Assembly: GCA_902615855.1 (NCBI GenBank)
Contig: CACMQN010000002.1
Location: 66,460 to 130,459 of the forward strand
Length of the DNA stretch: 64,000 nt
Direction: 5' to 3'
DNA from: an uncultured Candidatus Actinomarina sp.
GTDB taxonomy: Bacteria; Actinomycetota; Acidimicrobiia; Actinomarinales; Actinomarinaceae
Shown here: in pieces, positions 50,959 to 60,767 of the stretch
How positions within the stretch are numbered: the first letter of the stretch is position 1
Layout of the letters: every line of letters begins with the position of its first letter
The notes under the pieces: model-generated
What the model was told of the DNA's origin: nothing
Seen by the model: the letters and a program-made list of their open reading frames with translations, nothing else
The model's database searches: none
Position numbers and translations under genes: made by a program

Positions 50959-51852
50959 ATGAAAATTGGTATTGATTGGGGTGGAACAAAAATCGAGGGT
51001 ATTTCTATTGACCCTATGAATGGGACAGAATTAAATAGAATTCGTGTTGACTCTCCTAAAGAGAATTACGAAGAAATTGTCTCAAAGGTTATCGAAGTAA
51101 TTAAAGAACTATCAAAAGATTCTAAAAATTTTACAGTTGGTATTGGTATGCCTGGATCAATTCATCCTGAAACAAATCTTGTTCAAGTATCAAATACTAA
51201 AGCCCTTGAAGGTAAACCAGTAAAATCAGATATTGAAACAAAGCTAGGATATGAAATAAAGATAGCCAACGATGCTGATTGTTTAGCATTATCAGAGGCT
51301 GTGGATGGAGCAGGCAAAGATTACAAAAGTGTTTTTGCAGTAATTCTTGGCACTGGGGTAGGTGCAGGTTATTCCTACGATAAAAAAATAATAGTTGGTC
51401 CAAACAAGCTCACTGGAGAGTGGGGCCAGAACCCTATACCTGGACCAATGGATGAATACGAAAAAAGTGTAAAAAGACATTGCGGAAGAGTTGGAGCAAT
51501 TGAAGTGTTTTTATCTGGCCCTGGTCTAGAAAATTATTACGAGTATAAAACTAAATCAAAAATCCCATCTAGAGAAATAGTTTCTCTCTATCAAAAAAAA
51601 GATTCAGTTGCAGGAGAAGTAATGAATGTTTATTTTGAAAGAATTGCGAGATCATTTAGTTCGTTTGTAAACATTTTAGATCCAGATATTATTGTCTGCG
51701 GAGGTGGTATGTCTGAAATTGGTGGAATTTATGATGAAGTTCCTAAGAGAATAATTCCATATATTGCCTCAAATTTTTTCCTAACACCAATTGTGAAAGC
51801 AGCTCACGGCTCTTCAAGCGGTGTTAGAGGAGCAGCGCATTTATGGAATTAA
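50959..51852 (+). CDS. ROK-family sugar kinase (fructokinase Mak-like)
   Basis: GIDWGGTKIE, ANDADC, ILGTGVG, GEWG, GSSSGVRGAA. Confidence 0.9.
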   Translation: MKIGIDWGGTKIEGISIDPMNGTELNRIRVDSPKENYEEIVSKVIEVIKELSKDSKNFTVGIGMPGSIHPETNLVQVSNTKALEGKPVKSDIETKLGYEIKIANDADCLALSEAVDGAGKDYKSVFAVILGTGVGAGYSYDKKIIVGPNKLTGEWGQNPIPGPMDEYEKSVKRHCGRVGAIEVFLSGPGLENYYEYKTKSKIPSREIVSLYQKKDSVAGEVMNVYFERIARSFSSFVNILDPDIIVCGGGMSEIGGIYDEVPKRIIPYIASNFFLTPIVKAAHGSSSGVRGAAHLWN

Positions 51853-51993
51853 TAGTAAAGAATTTATTTATCCAATTTTAATTCTTACAGCTACAGTCAA
51901 TTTATGTAATAGATATATCCAAACAGCTTCTTAATTTCTATATTTTTCAAAAACGATTATTAAAAAAAGAAATTAGATAATAAAAAATATTTT

Positions 51994-53169
51994 TTATAAA
52001 GCATCTCCAGTTTCAGGATCAAAGAAATGAAGTTTTGATGGGTCAATTTTAAGTTCTATTTCTTCTCCCTCGATAACTGTTGAGTTTGGATTTATTCTTG
52101 CAATAAATTTTGTATTGTCTCCTAAAACAGAAATATCCTCACCTTCATCAGCTAAGATTTCCTCAATTGCTTCAGTTTGAACAGGATTTATATCTTTATA
52201 AAAATGAATATATGAATCGGAACCAAGTTGTTCTAAAAGAGAAACACTTACCTTAATACTTGCTGAATACTCGCTTGTATTTGCATAGTTTCCATCTTCA
52301 AAAGCTTCTGGCCTAATACCCATTACAATTTCTTTGTTTTCATAGGATTTTAATTTTTCTAACTTATCACCTTTATAATCAATTTGATCATTTCCAAAGT
52401 TAAGATTAATTAAGTTCTTCTTCACTCCTACATTTGCATAAACAAAGTTCATAGAAGGACTACCAATAAATCCTGCTACAAAAATATTCTTAGGATTTAG
52501 ATAAATCTCTCTTGGAGTATCAATTTGTTGCAACTCACCTTTTCTAATCACTGCAACTCTATCACCCATAGTCATTGCTTCAACTTGGTCATGAGTAACA
52601 TATAAAGTTGTTGTTTGTAATTGTGTGTGAAGCTGTCCCAATTCTGCTCTCATTTGTACTCTCAATTTTGCATCTAAGTTTGAAAGTGGTTCATCCATGA
52701 GGAACGCTTGAGGATTTCTAACAATAGCTCTACCCATTGCCACCCTTTGTCTCTGTCCACCTGATAAAGCTTTTGGTTTTCTGTCTAATAACTCACTTAT
52801 CTCAAGTGTCTTAGCTGCATCTTTAACTTTTTGATCTATTTCGTCTTTTGGTAATTTCCTTAGTTTTAGAGAAAAAGCCATATTGTCAAAAACTGACATG
52901 TGTGGATACAGCGCATAATTTTGAAAAACCATAGCTATATCACGATCTTTTGGAGCTACATCGTTGACAGTTTTGTCGCCAATTGAAATTTCACCTTCAG
53001 TTATATCCTCAAGACCTGCAACCATTCTAAGTAGAGTAGTTTTACCACAACCAGAAGGCCCAACAAGAACTACAAACTCTCCATCATTTATAGTGATATT
53101 TACATCTTCCAGTGCTCTTGTGCCATTCGGGTAAATTTTCCCGGCAGATTTGATATCAATTGCTCCCAT
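51994..53169 (-). CDS. Sugar ABC transporter ATPase (MsiK/MalK type)
   Basis: GPSGCGKTT, VFQNYALYPHM, LSGGQRQR, DEPLSNLDAKLR. Confidence 0.95.
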   Translation of the reverse strand: MGAIDIKSAGKIYPNGTRALEDVNITINDGEFVVLVGPSGCGKTTLLRMVAGLEDITEGEISIGDKTVNDVAPKDRDIAMVFQNYALYPHMSVFDNMAFSLKLRKLPKDEIDQKVKDAAKTLEISELLDRKPKALSGGQRQRVAMGRAIVRNPQAFLMDEPLSNLDAKLRVQMRAELGQLHTQLQTTTLYVTHDQVEAMTMGDRVAVIRKGELQQIDTPREIYLNPKNIFVAGFIGSPSMNFVYANVGVKKNLINLNFGNDQIDYKGDKLEKLKSYENKEIVMGIRPEAFEDGNYANTSEYSASIKVSVSLLEQLGSDSYIHFYKDINPVQTEAIEEILADEGEDISVLGDNTKFIARINPNSTVIEGEEIELKIDPSKLHFFDPETGDAL

Positions 53170-53232
53170 ACAAAAGTAATTTTAACCATATAATTTTCAA
53201 TTTAAAAATGAATTCAATCTTATAATATTTTT

Positions 53233-54708
53233 ATGATTGAAGTGCCAATAAATAGAATAACAACACTTAATGATGATCAACCAAATATGGATGCTCCTTA
53301 TGTTCTTTATTGGATGATTGCATTCAGAAGAGTAAATTATAACTTTTCTCTCCAACGTGCAATTGAATGGGCAAACAAACTCTCAAAACCTTTACTTATT
53401 TTTGAACCTATGACAATTGATTATCCGATGGCAAGCATTAGATTTCACAAATTTGCTATTGAAGGGATGCAAGATATTCAAAAACAAACTGAAAAATCTA
53501 AAGCCTTTTATTTTCCTTATGTTGAAGAAAAAAAAGGGGCTGCTGACAAATTATTAACTGAGTTAGCAAAAAACGCTGCAGTTGTAATTACGGATGATTA
53601 TCCAACTTATTTTGTTCCTCAAATGACAGCAGAAGCAAAGGGGAGTATTCAAACAACATATGAATTGGTTGATTCAAATGGCTTACTTCCAATAAGAATT
53701 GCAGAAAAAGAATATGTACGTGCTCATGATTTTAGAAGATTCATGCACAAAAATATTGAAGACTTTTTAGTTGAAGTCCCTGAGAAAAGTCCTCTTGAAT
53801 ATCTAAATTTAAAGTTTGATGAAAAATTATTAGAACCAATTTTCAAGAAATATGAACTTGTTGATTTTAATAAAGTTAACACTCGAGACTTTTTAAATAA
53901 CTTAAATGTTGATAAATCTGTAGAGATTAGTGATGTTATTGGTGGATATAATGCAGCCAAATCAAGATTGGATCTTTTTGCAAAAAAAGGATTTAATGAT
54001 TACTCAAAACTAAGAAGTCATCCTTCAGAAGATGCAAGTAGCCAACTTTCACCATATTTTCATTTTGGACACATTTCAACGTATGAAGTCTTTGAAAAAA
54101 TAATTAGTAATGAGTCCTGGTCAGTTGAGAATATCGATCCAAATTTTGTAGGTCGTAGAGAAGGATGGTGGGGTGGATCTGCTAATCTTGAAAGTTTTTT
54201 TGATGAGCTAATCACTTGGAGAGAGCTTGGATATCATACCTGTGTAAAACGAGCAAACTATGACCAATATCAATCTTTACCAGACTGGGCAATTAAAACA
54301 CTAGATGATCATGCCAATGATGAAAGAGAATATATCTATGACTTATCAGAATTTACAAACGCTAATACACATGATGAAATTTGGAACGCAGCTCAAAATC
54401 AGTTAAAAACTGAAGGTAGAATTCATAATTATTTAAGAATGTTGTGGGGTAAGAAAATTCTTGAATGGACGCCTAATCCACAAATTGCACTTTCCTATTT
54501 GATAGATTTAAATGATCGTTTTGCCTTAGACGGAAGAGATCCAAATTCATACTCAGGAGTATTTTGGATATTAGGAAGATATGACAGAGCATGGGGTCCA
54601 GAGAGGCCAATTTATGGAAAAATTAGGTATATGACCTCAAAATCTACAGCGACAAAGTTTAATTTGAAACCATATTTAGAAAAATGGTCTGTCGGATCCA
54701 CTGTTTAA
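53233..54708 (+). CDS. phrB: Deoxyribodipyrimidine photolyase (class II CPD type)
   Basis: VLYWM, SQLSPYFHFG, HNYLRMLWGKKILEW, DGRDPNSY, ERPIYGKIRYM. Confidence 0.92.
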   Translation: MIEVPINRITTLNDDQPNMDAPYVLYWMIAFRRVNYNFSLQRAIEWANKLSKPLLIFEPMTIDYPMASIRFHKFAIEGMQDIQKQTEKSKAFYFPYVEEKKGAADKLLTELAKNAAVVITDDYPTYFVPQMTAEAKGSIQTTYELVDSNGLLPIRIAEKEYVRAHDFRRFMHKNIEDFLVEVPEKSPLEYLNLKFDEKLLEPIFKKYELVDFNKVNTRDFLNNLNVDKSVEISDVIGGYNAAKSRLDLFAKKGFNDYSKLRSHPSEDASSQLSPYFHFGHISTYEVFEKIISNESWSVENIDPNFVGRREGWWGGSANLESFFDELITWRELGYHTCVKRANYDQYQSLPDWAIKTLDDHANDEREYIYDLSEFTNANTHDEIWNAAQNQLKTEGRIHNYLRMLWGKKILEWTPNPQIALSYLIDLNDRFALDGRDPNSYSGVFWILGRYDRAWGPERPIYGKIRYMTSKSTATKFNLKPYLEKWSVGSTV

Positions 54709-54771
54709 TTACTATTTTTTAAAAATAAAGTTACAAAATTTATTAAAAAATTTTCAAATTATTTTAATAAT

Positions 54772-54811
54772 TTCACAAGAATGGTACATTTGTGATGTGA
54801 ACGTTTCACAT
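54772..54811. promoter_or_regulatory. Cluster of TGTGA/TCACA half-sites upstream of the rhodopsin gene
   Basis: ATGTGAA-cgt-TTCACAT inverted repeat at 54795..54811; TTCACAA at 54772 and TTGTGA at 54790. Confidence 0.45.
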
Positions 54812-54837
54812 TAAAGAAAAAAAGGAGTACTTCTAAA

Positions 54838-55500
54838 ATGGAAGAACTAACATACCGACTTTTCATGGTGGCAACTGTGGGAATGCTTGCAGGAACAGTA
54901 TTTTTACTTGCTTCATCAAGAGAAGTTAAACCAGAACACAGACGTGGTGTTTATATTTCAGCACTTGTCTGTGGTATTGCATGGTATCACTATCAAAAGA
55001 TGGGTGCATCTTGGGAAAGTGGAGCATACGATACAGGGTTAAGATACGTTGACTGGGTCTTAACTGTTCCTTTGATGTTCGTCGAAGTCCTTGCAGTTAC
55101 AAGAAAGGGTGCCGCATACAATGAGGCAGTCCGTAACTGGGGAATTGCAGCAACAGTAATGATTGGTGCAGGATACTACGGTGAAACATCAGCAGCAGGA
55201 AGCAACGAATATTGGACAGGTTTCGTAATTGCTATGGCAACTTACGTCTGGCTAATGAGAAATCTTCAAGCTGAAGGAGAAGGTCTTAAAGGTGATGAAG
55301 CAGCAGCTTTTGAAAATATTAAGAACCTAATCCTTGTAGGTTGGATAATTTATCCTTTGGGATACATTGCACCTGTAGTAGGAGACTTTGATGCTATTAG
55401 AGAAGTTCTATACACAGTCGCTGACATAATTAATAAGGTCGGACTTGGTGTACTAGTACTACAAATGGCTCGAGTTAAGTCAGGAGAAAAAGTTTCGTAA
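54838..55500 (+). CDS. Microbial rhodopsin, DTE proton-pump motif (MACR-like)
   Basis: Seven TM helices; RYVDWVLTVPLMFVE (D/T/E), GWIIYP, DIINKVG retinal-binding Lys; AAGGAG SD. Confidence 0.95.
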   Translation: MEELTYRLFMVATVGMLAGTVFLLASSREVKPEHRRGVYISALVCGIAWYHYQKMGASWESGAYDTGLRYVDWVLTVPLMFVEVLAVTRKGAAYNEAVRNWGIAATVMIGAGYYGETSAAGSNEYWTGFVIAMATYVWLMRNLQAEGEGLKGDEAAAFENIKNLILVGWIIYPLGYIAPVVGDFDAIREVLYTVADIINKVGLGVLVLQMARVKSGEKVS

Positions 55501-55519
55501 CTTTTTCGAATAAAATTTT

Positions 55520-55553
55520 AATGATAGGCGACAAATGTCGCCTATCATTTTTT
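55520..55553 (+). terminator. Rho-independent terminator after the rhodopsin gene
   Basis: aatgataggcgaca-aa-tgtcgcctatcatt followed by a T-run. Confidence 0.9.
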
Positions 55554-55571
55554 GTAGGTTAAAATTTCAAT

Positions 55572-56090
55572 ATGGATCTCATAATTTTATTTAATACTTT
55601 TTTTGGATTCCTTACTTTCATTGCGTGGGCGTCTACAATTGCAATGCTTTATCTTTATTTTTCAAAAAAAACTTTTAGTAAATTAATAACTGATCAATTT
55701 TTAAACTTTGCTATTTCAGTTGCGGTTTTTAGCTCAATTGGAAGTATTGTATATTCTGAAGTGGTTGGTTTTATACCATGTAGATTCTGCTGGTATCAAA
55801 GATACTTAATGTATCCAATAGCAATTGCATTAATAATCTCATTATTTAAAAGGCCTTTTTTTAGAGTTGGTTATATAAGTATCATCGGTGTAGCTATTAG
55901 TGCATATCATATTTTTCTCCAAAACGGTGGGGGTGGAGGAGGAACTTGTGCAGTTGACGTTCCATGTGACATGAAATACGTCGATATTTTTGGTTTTATA
56001 AGTATTCCAGTAATGGCAGGGACTGGATTTTTAACGATATTTGTCGCTTTGTTGTATTATGATTTTTCAAGGAAGGAATTAGTTGAATAA
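55572..56090 (+). CDS. Disulfide bond formation protein (DsbB/BdbC-like)
   Basis: PCRFCWYQRYLMYP, AYH, second Cys pair, FISIPVMA. Confidence 0.88.
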   Translation: MDLIILFNTFFGFLTFIAWASTIAMLYLYFSKKTFSKLITDQFLNFAISVAVFSSIGSIVYSEVVGFIPCRFCWYQRYLMYPIAIALIISLFKRPFFRVGYISIIGVAISAYHIFLQNGGGGGGTCAVDVPCDMKYVDIFGFISIPVMAGTGFLTIFVALLYYDFSRKELVE

Positions 56091-56685
56091 AAACTTTATT
56101 ATCGCTGGTGCTGTAATTTTGGTGTTAGGCCTCGCAATCGCCATAGGCGTTACCCTAAGTTCTGAACCTGTTGCTGCTGGATTACCAGAAGGTGAAACCA
56201 CTGTAACTGGAGATTTACTTCCAGAATTTTCTGGAGAAAATGATGACAACATAGCTTTGGGCCTTGCTGCTCCTATATTTTCTGCTCCGAATGAAAACTC
56301 TGAGATAGTAACTTTAGAAAAAAATGGTAATGCAAAAGCTTTATTATTCCTTGCACACTGGTGTGGATATTGTCAAAAAGAAGTGCCAATTGTACAGCGC
56401 GTTATTAATACAATAGGCGTTCCCGATGGTGTAGAAGTTATTGCAATAGCAACATCCATTGATCGGGGAAGAGAAAACTATCCGCCACAAAAATGGTTAG
56501 ATGAAGAGGGATGGAGCGAGACACAACTTTATGATCTAGATAAAGAAATTGGTAGTGCTTACGGCCTAAATGCATTTCCCTATTGGGTATTTTTAGATAA
56601 AGACTTAAATGTAATCGCAAGAAGGACAGGAAATCTTCCAGAGGAGACAGTAGGCGGTCTTTTACTTCAACTAGCAAATCAATAA
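56083..56685 (+). CDS. Membrane-anchored thioredoxin-fold protein (TlpA/ResA-like)
   Basis: N-terminal TM helix, AHWCGYCQKE, cis-Pro FPYW. Confidence 0.85.
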   Translation: MNKNFIIAGAVILVLGLAIAIGVTLSSEPVAAGLPEGETTVTGDLLPEFSGENDDNIALGLAAPIFSAPNENSEIVTLEKNGNAKALLFLAHWCGYCQKEVPIVQRVINTIGVPDGVEVIAIATSIDRGRENYPPQKWLDEEGWSETQLYDLDKEIGSAYGLNAFPYWVFLDKDLNVIARRTGNLPEETVGGLLLQLANQ

Positions 56686-56783
56686 ATTTTTCTTATTTCT
56701 ATGTTTAATTTTGATGATTTGATTTGGCTCAACAACGATAATTGATGAGGCTGTCCAATCATAATCCACTTATGATATGGAAG

Positions 56784-57413
56784 TTAATGTTGCTTTGTAA
56801 ATTCTGCTAGATATACAAAATCAAATAAGCCAATTCTTTTAATAGTAAGATTTGCGTAATTATTTTTAGACAAATGAACTTCAGGTTGAGGATAAAAATC
56901 AAGAGACTTATATAAAAACCTATATTCCTTAAAGTTCGATGTTATGAGACCAACAAAGTGCAACAAAATATATGTCCCAATTTTATGAATAAGTCTTAAC
57001 AAAGTATTTTTTGGTCTTGTCATATCTAACAATATAAACTTACCTCCAGGCTTGAGTACTCGATAGACTTCACTCATGGCTTTTTCTGTATCATCAACAT
57101 TTCTCCATACGAAACAACATAAAACATTATCAAATGAATTTTCATTAAAAGGTAGCTCTTCAACTTTGCCGACAACTTTCTTCTCAAAGTTATTTAATGA
57201 GAGCATTTGCTCATCAGGATCAAGTGCTGTTACATCAAAATTTTTAAGGTCGTAATATGAAGCTCCAGTTCCACTTCCCAGATCAAGAACATTTCCAGGG
57301 TTTAATTTTGCAGCAGCTTGTTTTCGCCATGATTTATCAAAACCTAATGTAGTTAATGAATTTATAAAGTCGTAAAATTTATGAATATTAGAAAAATTTG
57401 CTGATTCGTTCAA
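56784..57413 (-). CDS. UbiE/MenG-like SAM-dependent methyltransferase
   Basis: YDFINSLTTLGFDKSWR, LDLGSGTG, LPF...FD, RVLKPGG; adjacent to menA. Confidence 0.8.
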   Translation of the reverse strand: MNESANFSNIHKFYDFINSLTTLGFDKSWRKQAAAKLNPGNVLDLGSGTGASYYDLKNFDVTALDPDEQMLSLNNFEKKVVGKVEELPFNENSFDNVLCCFVWRNVDDTEKAMSEVYRVLKPGGKFILLDMTRPKNTLLRLIHKIGTYILLHFVGLITSNFKEYRFLYKSLDFYPQPEVHLSKNNYANLTIKRIGLFDFVYLAEFTKQH

Positions 57414-58931
57414 TTAGATGAAATAAGCAACAGCAAGAAGTATTCCTGTTAAAAAATGAATTCCAATAGTTGATACATTTACAAGAAGGAGTTCATAGGG
57501 CACTTTTTGACGATCTGCTTCAGGATCGTTCCATTTAAGCATCCAATCATCCGCCATTTTGAATGCTTTCCATACTAACCCCAATGGAATTAGTGCTATG
57601 AATGCATAAACTGTTCCAAAATCAGTAAAGAAACTTAAAATACCTATCAACGCCACAGAGGCAAAAGCCTCAATCATAAATTGTTTGTAAAGGGATAGAG
57701 GCTTTTCTAACCTCATCCAGCCATCATTAACAGCTGTTCGAACAACCCAAGTGTTCTTACCAACAGCAGCATCAGAAGGGGCGTCTTGGAATTGATTTAT
57801 CCAAACGATAAGCATTACTAACAATGCAATTGGTACTGATGCAATTGAAGCTTCTGCCCAGTTCCAAAGAGACAAATCATTATTATGTATTGGTGCAGTA
57901 AGAACATAATGTGCACCCATTACCATTACAGGGCCAAAACCTAAAGCTATTGCGATTTCTCCAAAACCCTTATATCCAAGCCTTATGGGATCACCCGTAT
58001 ACCCTAGTGCTAAAAAGGTTCCAATTATTCCAGTCCAAAGAATTGGTGTGTTGCCAAAAACAAAACCACTAATTTGTTGGTTAATATATAAGCCAATAAT
58101 AACTGTTCCAATAATACTCACCAATGCAGTTAGAAGTACTTGCCCAGGAGTCATTAAACCAACCTGAATTACTCTACTTCCTCCATTAAAAGGACTTGCG
58201 ACTTTATTTATCTCATCAGCATTTGAAGTATGATCAAAATAATCATTTGATGCATTTGTTGCTATCTGTGCAAGACAGGCACCACCTAACACAAGCCAAA
58301 ACATATTCCATGACCACGCACTGTTTAAATTTTCTGATTTTAGATCACTCCATGCCACTGACGCACCAATCAATATTGGTGCAATAGTAGCTGTTAGAAA
58401 GGGGGCTCTAACAGTACGTAGCCACAGTCCAACTCTTTTTAACGCTAATTTAAAAGCGAACTTCACAGCCGAAGTTCTATTAGCTGGATATGTTTTCCAC
58501 TCAAATTGCTCTTCCTGATAAAAGTCGACATATTTTACAGTTGTTGGTTTGATTCTGTAATAACCAACAACATCATTTTTCTTTAAAAATTCATCTTCCA
58601 TATATTCTTTAAAAGCTTCAGTAGTTGAGAGAACCATTTCATAAGCTTTTTCTTTTTCATCCTCATCTTTGATTTTGTAACATTCTCCATCTATTTGTAA
58701 ACCCCTAATGCCTTCTTGTCCTTTTGGCCATATGACAACATGAACTCTTGGATTTAGACGGATTTGTTCAGCTTTTCTTGTTGGATTAAATGTGAAGAAT
58801 ACAAGATCTTCTCCATCCCGAGCATAGAAAACTGAAGCACCAGATGAGTTTCCACCAACACTTGTCGCTATAAACATTCTGTCAGCGGAATCTAAAACAT
58901 CTTCAATTTTTTTATCTAATACATCGTTCAT
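57414..58931 (-). CDS. menA: MenA/UbiA prenyltransferase fused to an N-terminal pyridoxamine-5'-phosphate-oxidase-like split-barrel domain
   Basis: C-part: RAPFL, NDYFD, GGSRVI, GYKGFGE, NQFQDAPSDAAVGKNT. N-part: VFYA...FFT...TRKAEQIRLNPRV...GLQIDG. ATG 58931 preferred. Confidence 0.8.
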   Translation of the reverse strand: MNDVLDKKIEDVLDSADRMFIATSVGGNSSGASVFYARDGEDLVFFTFNPTRKAEQIRLNPRVHVVIWPKGQEGIRGLQIDGECYKIKDEDEKEKAYEMVLSTTEAFKEYMEDEFLKKNDVVGYYRIKPTTVKYVDFYQEEQFEWKTYPANRTSAVKFAFKLALKRVGLWLRTVRAPFLTATIAPILIGASVAWSDLKSENLNSAWSWNMFWLVLGGACLAQIATNASNDYFDHTSNADEINKVASPFNGGSRVIQVGLMTPGQVLLTALVSIIGTVIIGLYINQQISGFVFGNTPILWTGIIGTFLALGYTGDPIRLGYKGFGEIAIALGFGPVMVMGAHYVLTAPIHNNDLSLWNWAEASIASVPIALLVMLIVWINQFQDAPSDAAVGKNTWVVRTAVNDGWMRLEKPLSLYKQFMIEAFASVALIGILSFFTDFGTVYAFIALIPLGLVWKAFKMADDWMLKWNDPEADRQKVPYELLLVNVSTIGIHFLTGILLAVAYFI

Positions 58932-59011
58932 TAATTTGAACTCTAATATGCTTGTGAAATAATACACAAAGTCCTTAGTGTTTATTTCTTAGGCATTTAT
59001 TATTAAAAAGT

Positions 59012-60766
59012 ATGTTTGATGTCTTCAAAACCGCTGAATTTAAAAGAGCTCTTACCTTTTATGTTCAGGAAGTAAAAAATAATCGTAAACACTTTTTAAT
59101 TTCAATGTCGTCTGCGGTGATTTGGTGTTTCCTTGTTGTTTTGCATCCTTATCTAATAAAAAGAATTGTTGATGATGGTATTGTTGCTAATAATCGCCAA
59201 ATAATTGTTGTCTTCATATCTTTTCTTATTGTTATTGGTTATATAAGAGCAGCTTCAATAGGCATAAGAAGGTACTTTAGTATGTCTGTTTCATTCAATG
59301 TTGAAGCAGAGATTCGAAATAGCATCTTTGGTCATATGCAAAAACTTGCATTTAAATACCATGATAAAGTGCCAACAGGTGAATTAATGGCAAGGGCATC
59401 AAGTGATGCATCACAAGTAAGGCTTGCTTTTGCAATTGCACCATTGGCAACCGCTAATGTTTTTCTTCTTCTTATACTTAGCATTACTCTTGTATCGATA
59501 AGTTTTACTCTAGGAGTTATTGTTCTATTATCAATTCCGCTAGTTCTCTGGCTAGCTGGCATTTTTGCATCAAAGGCAATGGAAATCTCGCTAAGGGTAA
59601 AAGAGGCTGAAGCAGAGATGACCACTGAAGTTGAGGAACAATTAGGTGGTATCAGAGTTGTAAAAGCTTTTGGAAATGAAAATGAAGCATCAGAAAAAGT
59701 AGAAAGCTCAATAGGAAAAATTTATGATACCTCTATTGATTTTTTACATTTAAGAACAAGATTTGTTCCTATGTTTGAACTGATACCAATGATTATCACT
59801 TTGGTTGTCCTTTTGCTTGGAGGTTACCTAGCATTAAATGATTTAATCACATTAGGTGACTTTATAGCTTTCACCCAGTACGTTATATTATTAATTTGGC
59901 CACTCAGAATAACAGCATGGTTCTTATCAGAAATTCCTTCAAGTGTTTCAGCTGGAAATAGAATCTTACAGTTGCTGGATGAACAACCTACAATTTTTGA
60001 TAATGAAAAGTTAGAGTCTTTTCCCGACAATGGAAACGGAAGTATTGAATTTGAAAATGTGAAGTTTAGTTATGGCAACGAAAATATTTTTAGAGATCTT
60101 AGTTTTAAGGTTAGTGGTCAAAAAACAATTGCTATTGTTGGTGCAACTGGATCAGGAAAATCAACATTAGCATATTTACTTCCAAGGCTATACGATATAG
60201 ATTCCGGAAATATAAAAATCGATGGAGTAGATATTACAAATATTAAATTAGAAGAGCTAAGGAATAATGTCAGTTTAGCTTTCGAGGAAAGTTTCTTATT
60301 TTCAAATTCAGCCAAAGATAATATTGCTATCGGTTCAATTGAAGCATCTCAAGAGAAAGTTGAAGAAGCTGCAATAATTGCAAAAGCACACGAATTTATA
60401 TCACAATTACCGGAGACATATGAAACTAAAGTTGGTGAACGTGGCTATGGATTATCTGGCGGACAGCGTCAAAGAATTGCACTTGCACGAGCAATCGTAA
60501 GAAATCCAAAAATATTAATTCTCGACGATGCACTTTCTGCGGTTGATGCCTCAACTGAAGAAGAGATTAGGAATGAATTAAAAAATGTTATGAACAAAAT
60601 GACAACTTTAATTATTACTAATAGGGTTCCAACTATTGAATTATGTGATGAGGTTTTATTTATAGAGGATGGAAGGATTAAAGCTCAAGGAAAACATGAA
60701 GAAATTCTTGAGGATGTAGCTTCTTATAGGAATTTATTCTTAGAAGAACAGAAAGTGCAGAATTAA
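59012..60766 (+). CDS. ABC exporter, fused permease-ATPase (heterodimer subunit 1)
   Basis: TM domain, GATGSGKST, LSGGQRQR, degenerate LDDA Walker B. Confidence 0.92.
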   Translation: MFDVFKTAEFKRALTFYVQEVKNNRKHFLISMSSAVIWCFLVVLHPYLIKRIVDDGIVANNRQIIVVFISFLIVIGYIRAASIGIRRYFSMSVSFNVEAEIRNSIFGHMQKLAFKYHDKVPTGELMARASSDASQVRLAFAIAPLATANVFLLLILSITLVSISFTLGVIVLLSIPLVLWLAGIFASKAMEISLRVKEAEAEMTTEVEEQLGGIRVVKAFGNENEASEKVESSIGKIYDTSIDFLHLRTRFVPMFELIPMIITLVVLLLGGYLALNDLITLGDFIAFTQYVILLIWPLRITAWFLSEIPSSVSAGNRILQLLDEQPTIFDNEKLESFPDNGNGSIEFENVKFSYGNENIFRDLSFKVSGQKTIAIVGATGSGKSTLAYLLPRLYDIDSGNIKIDGVDITNIKLEELRNNVSLAFEESFLFSNSAKDNIAIGSIEASQEKVEEAAIIAKAHEFISQLPETYETKVGERGYGLSGGQRQRIALARAIVRNPKILILDDALSAVDASTEEEIRNELKNVMNKMTTLIITNRVPTIELCDEVLFIEDGRIKAQGKHEEILEDVASYRNLFLEEQKVQN

Positions 60767-60767
60767 G

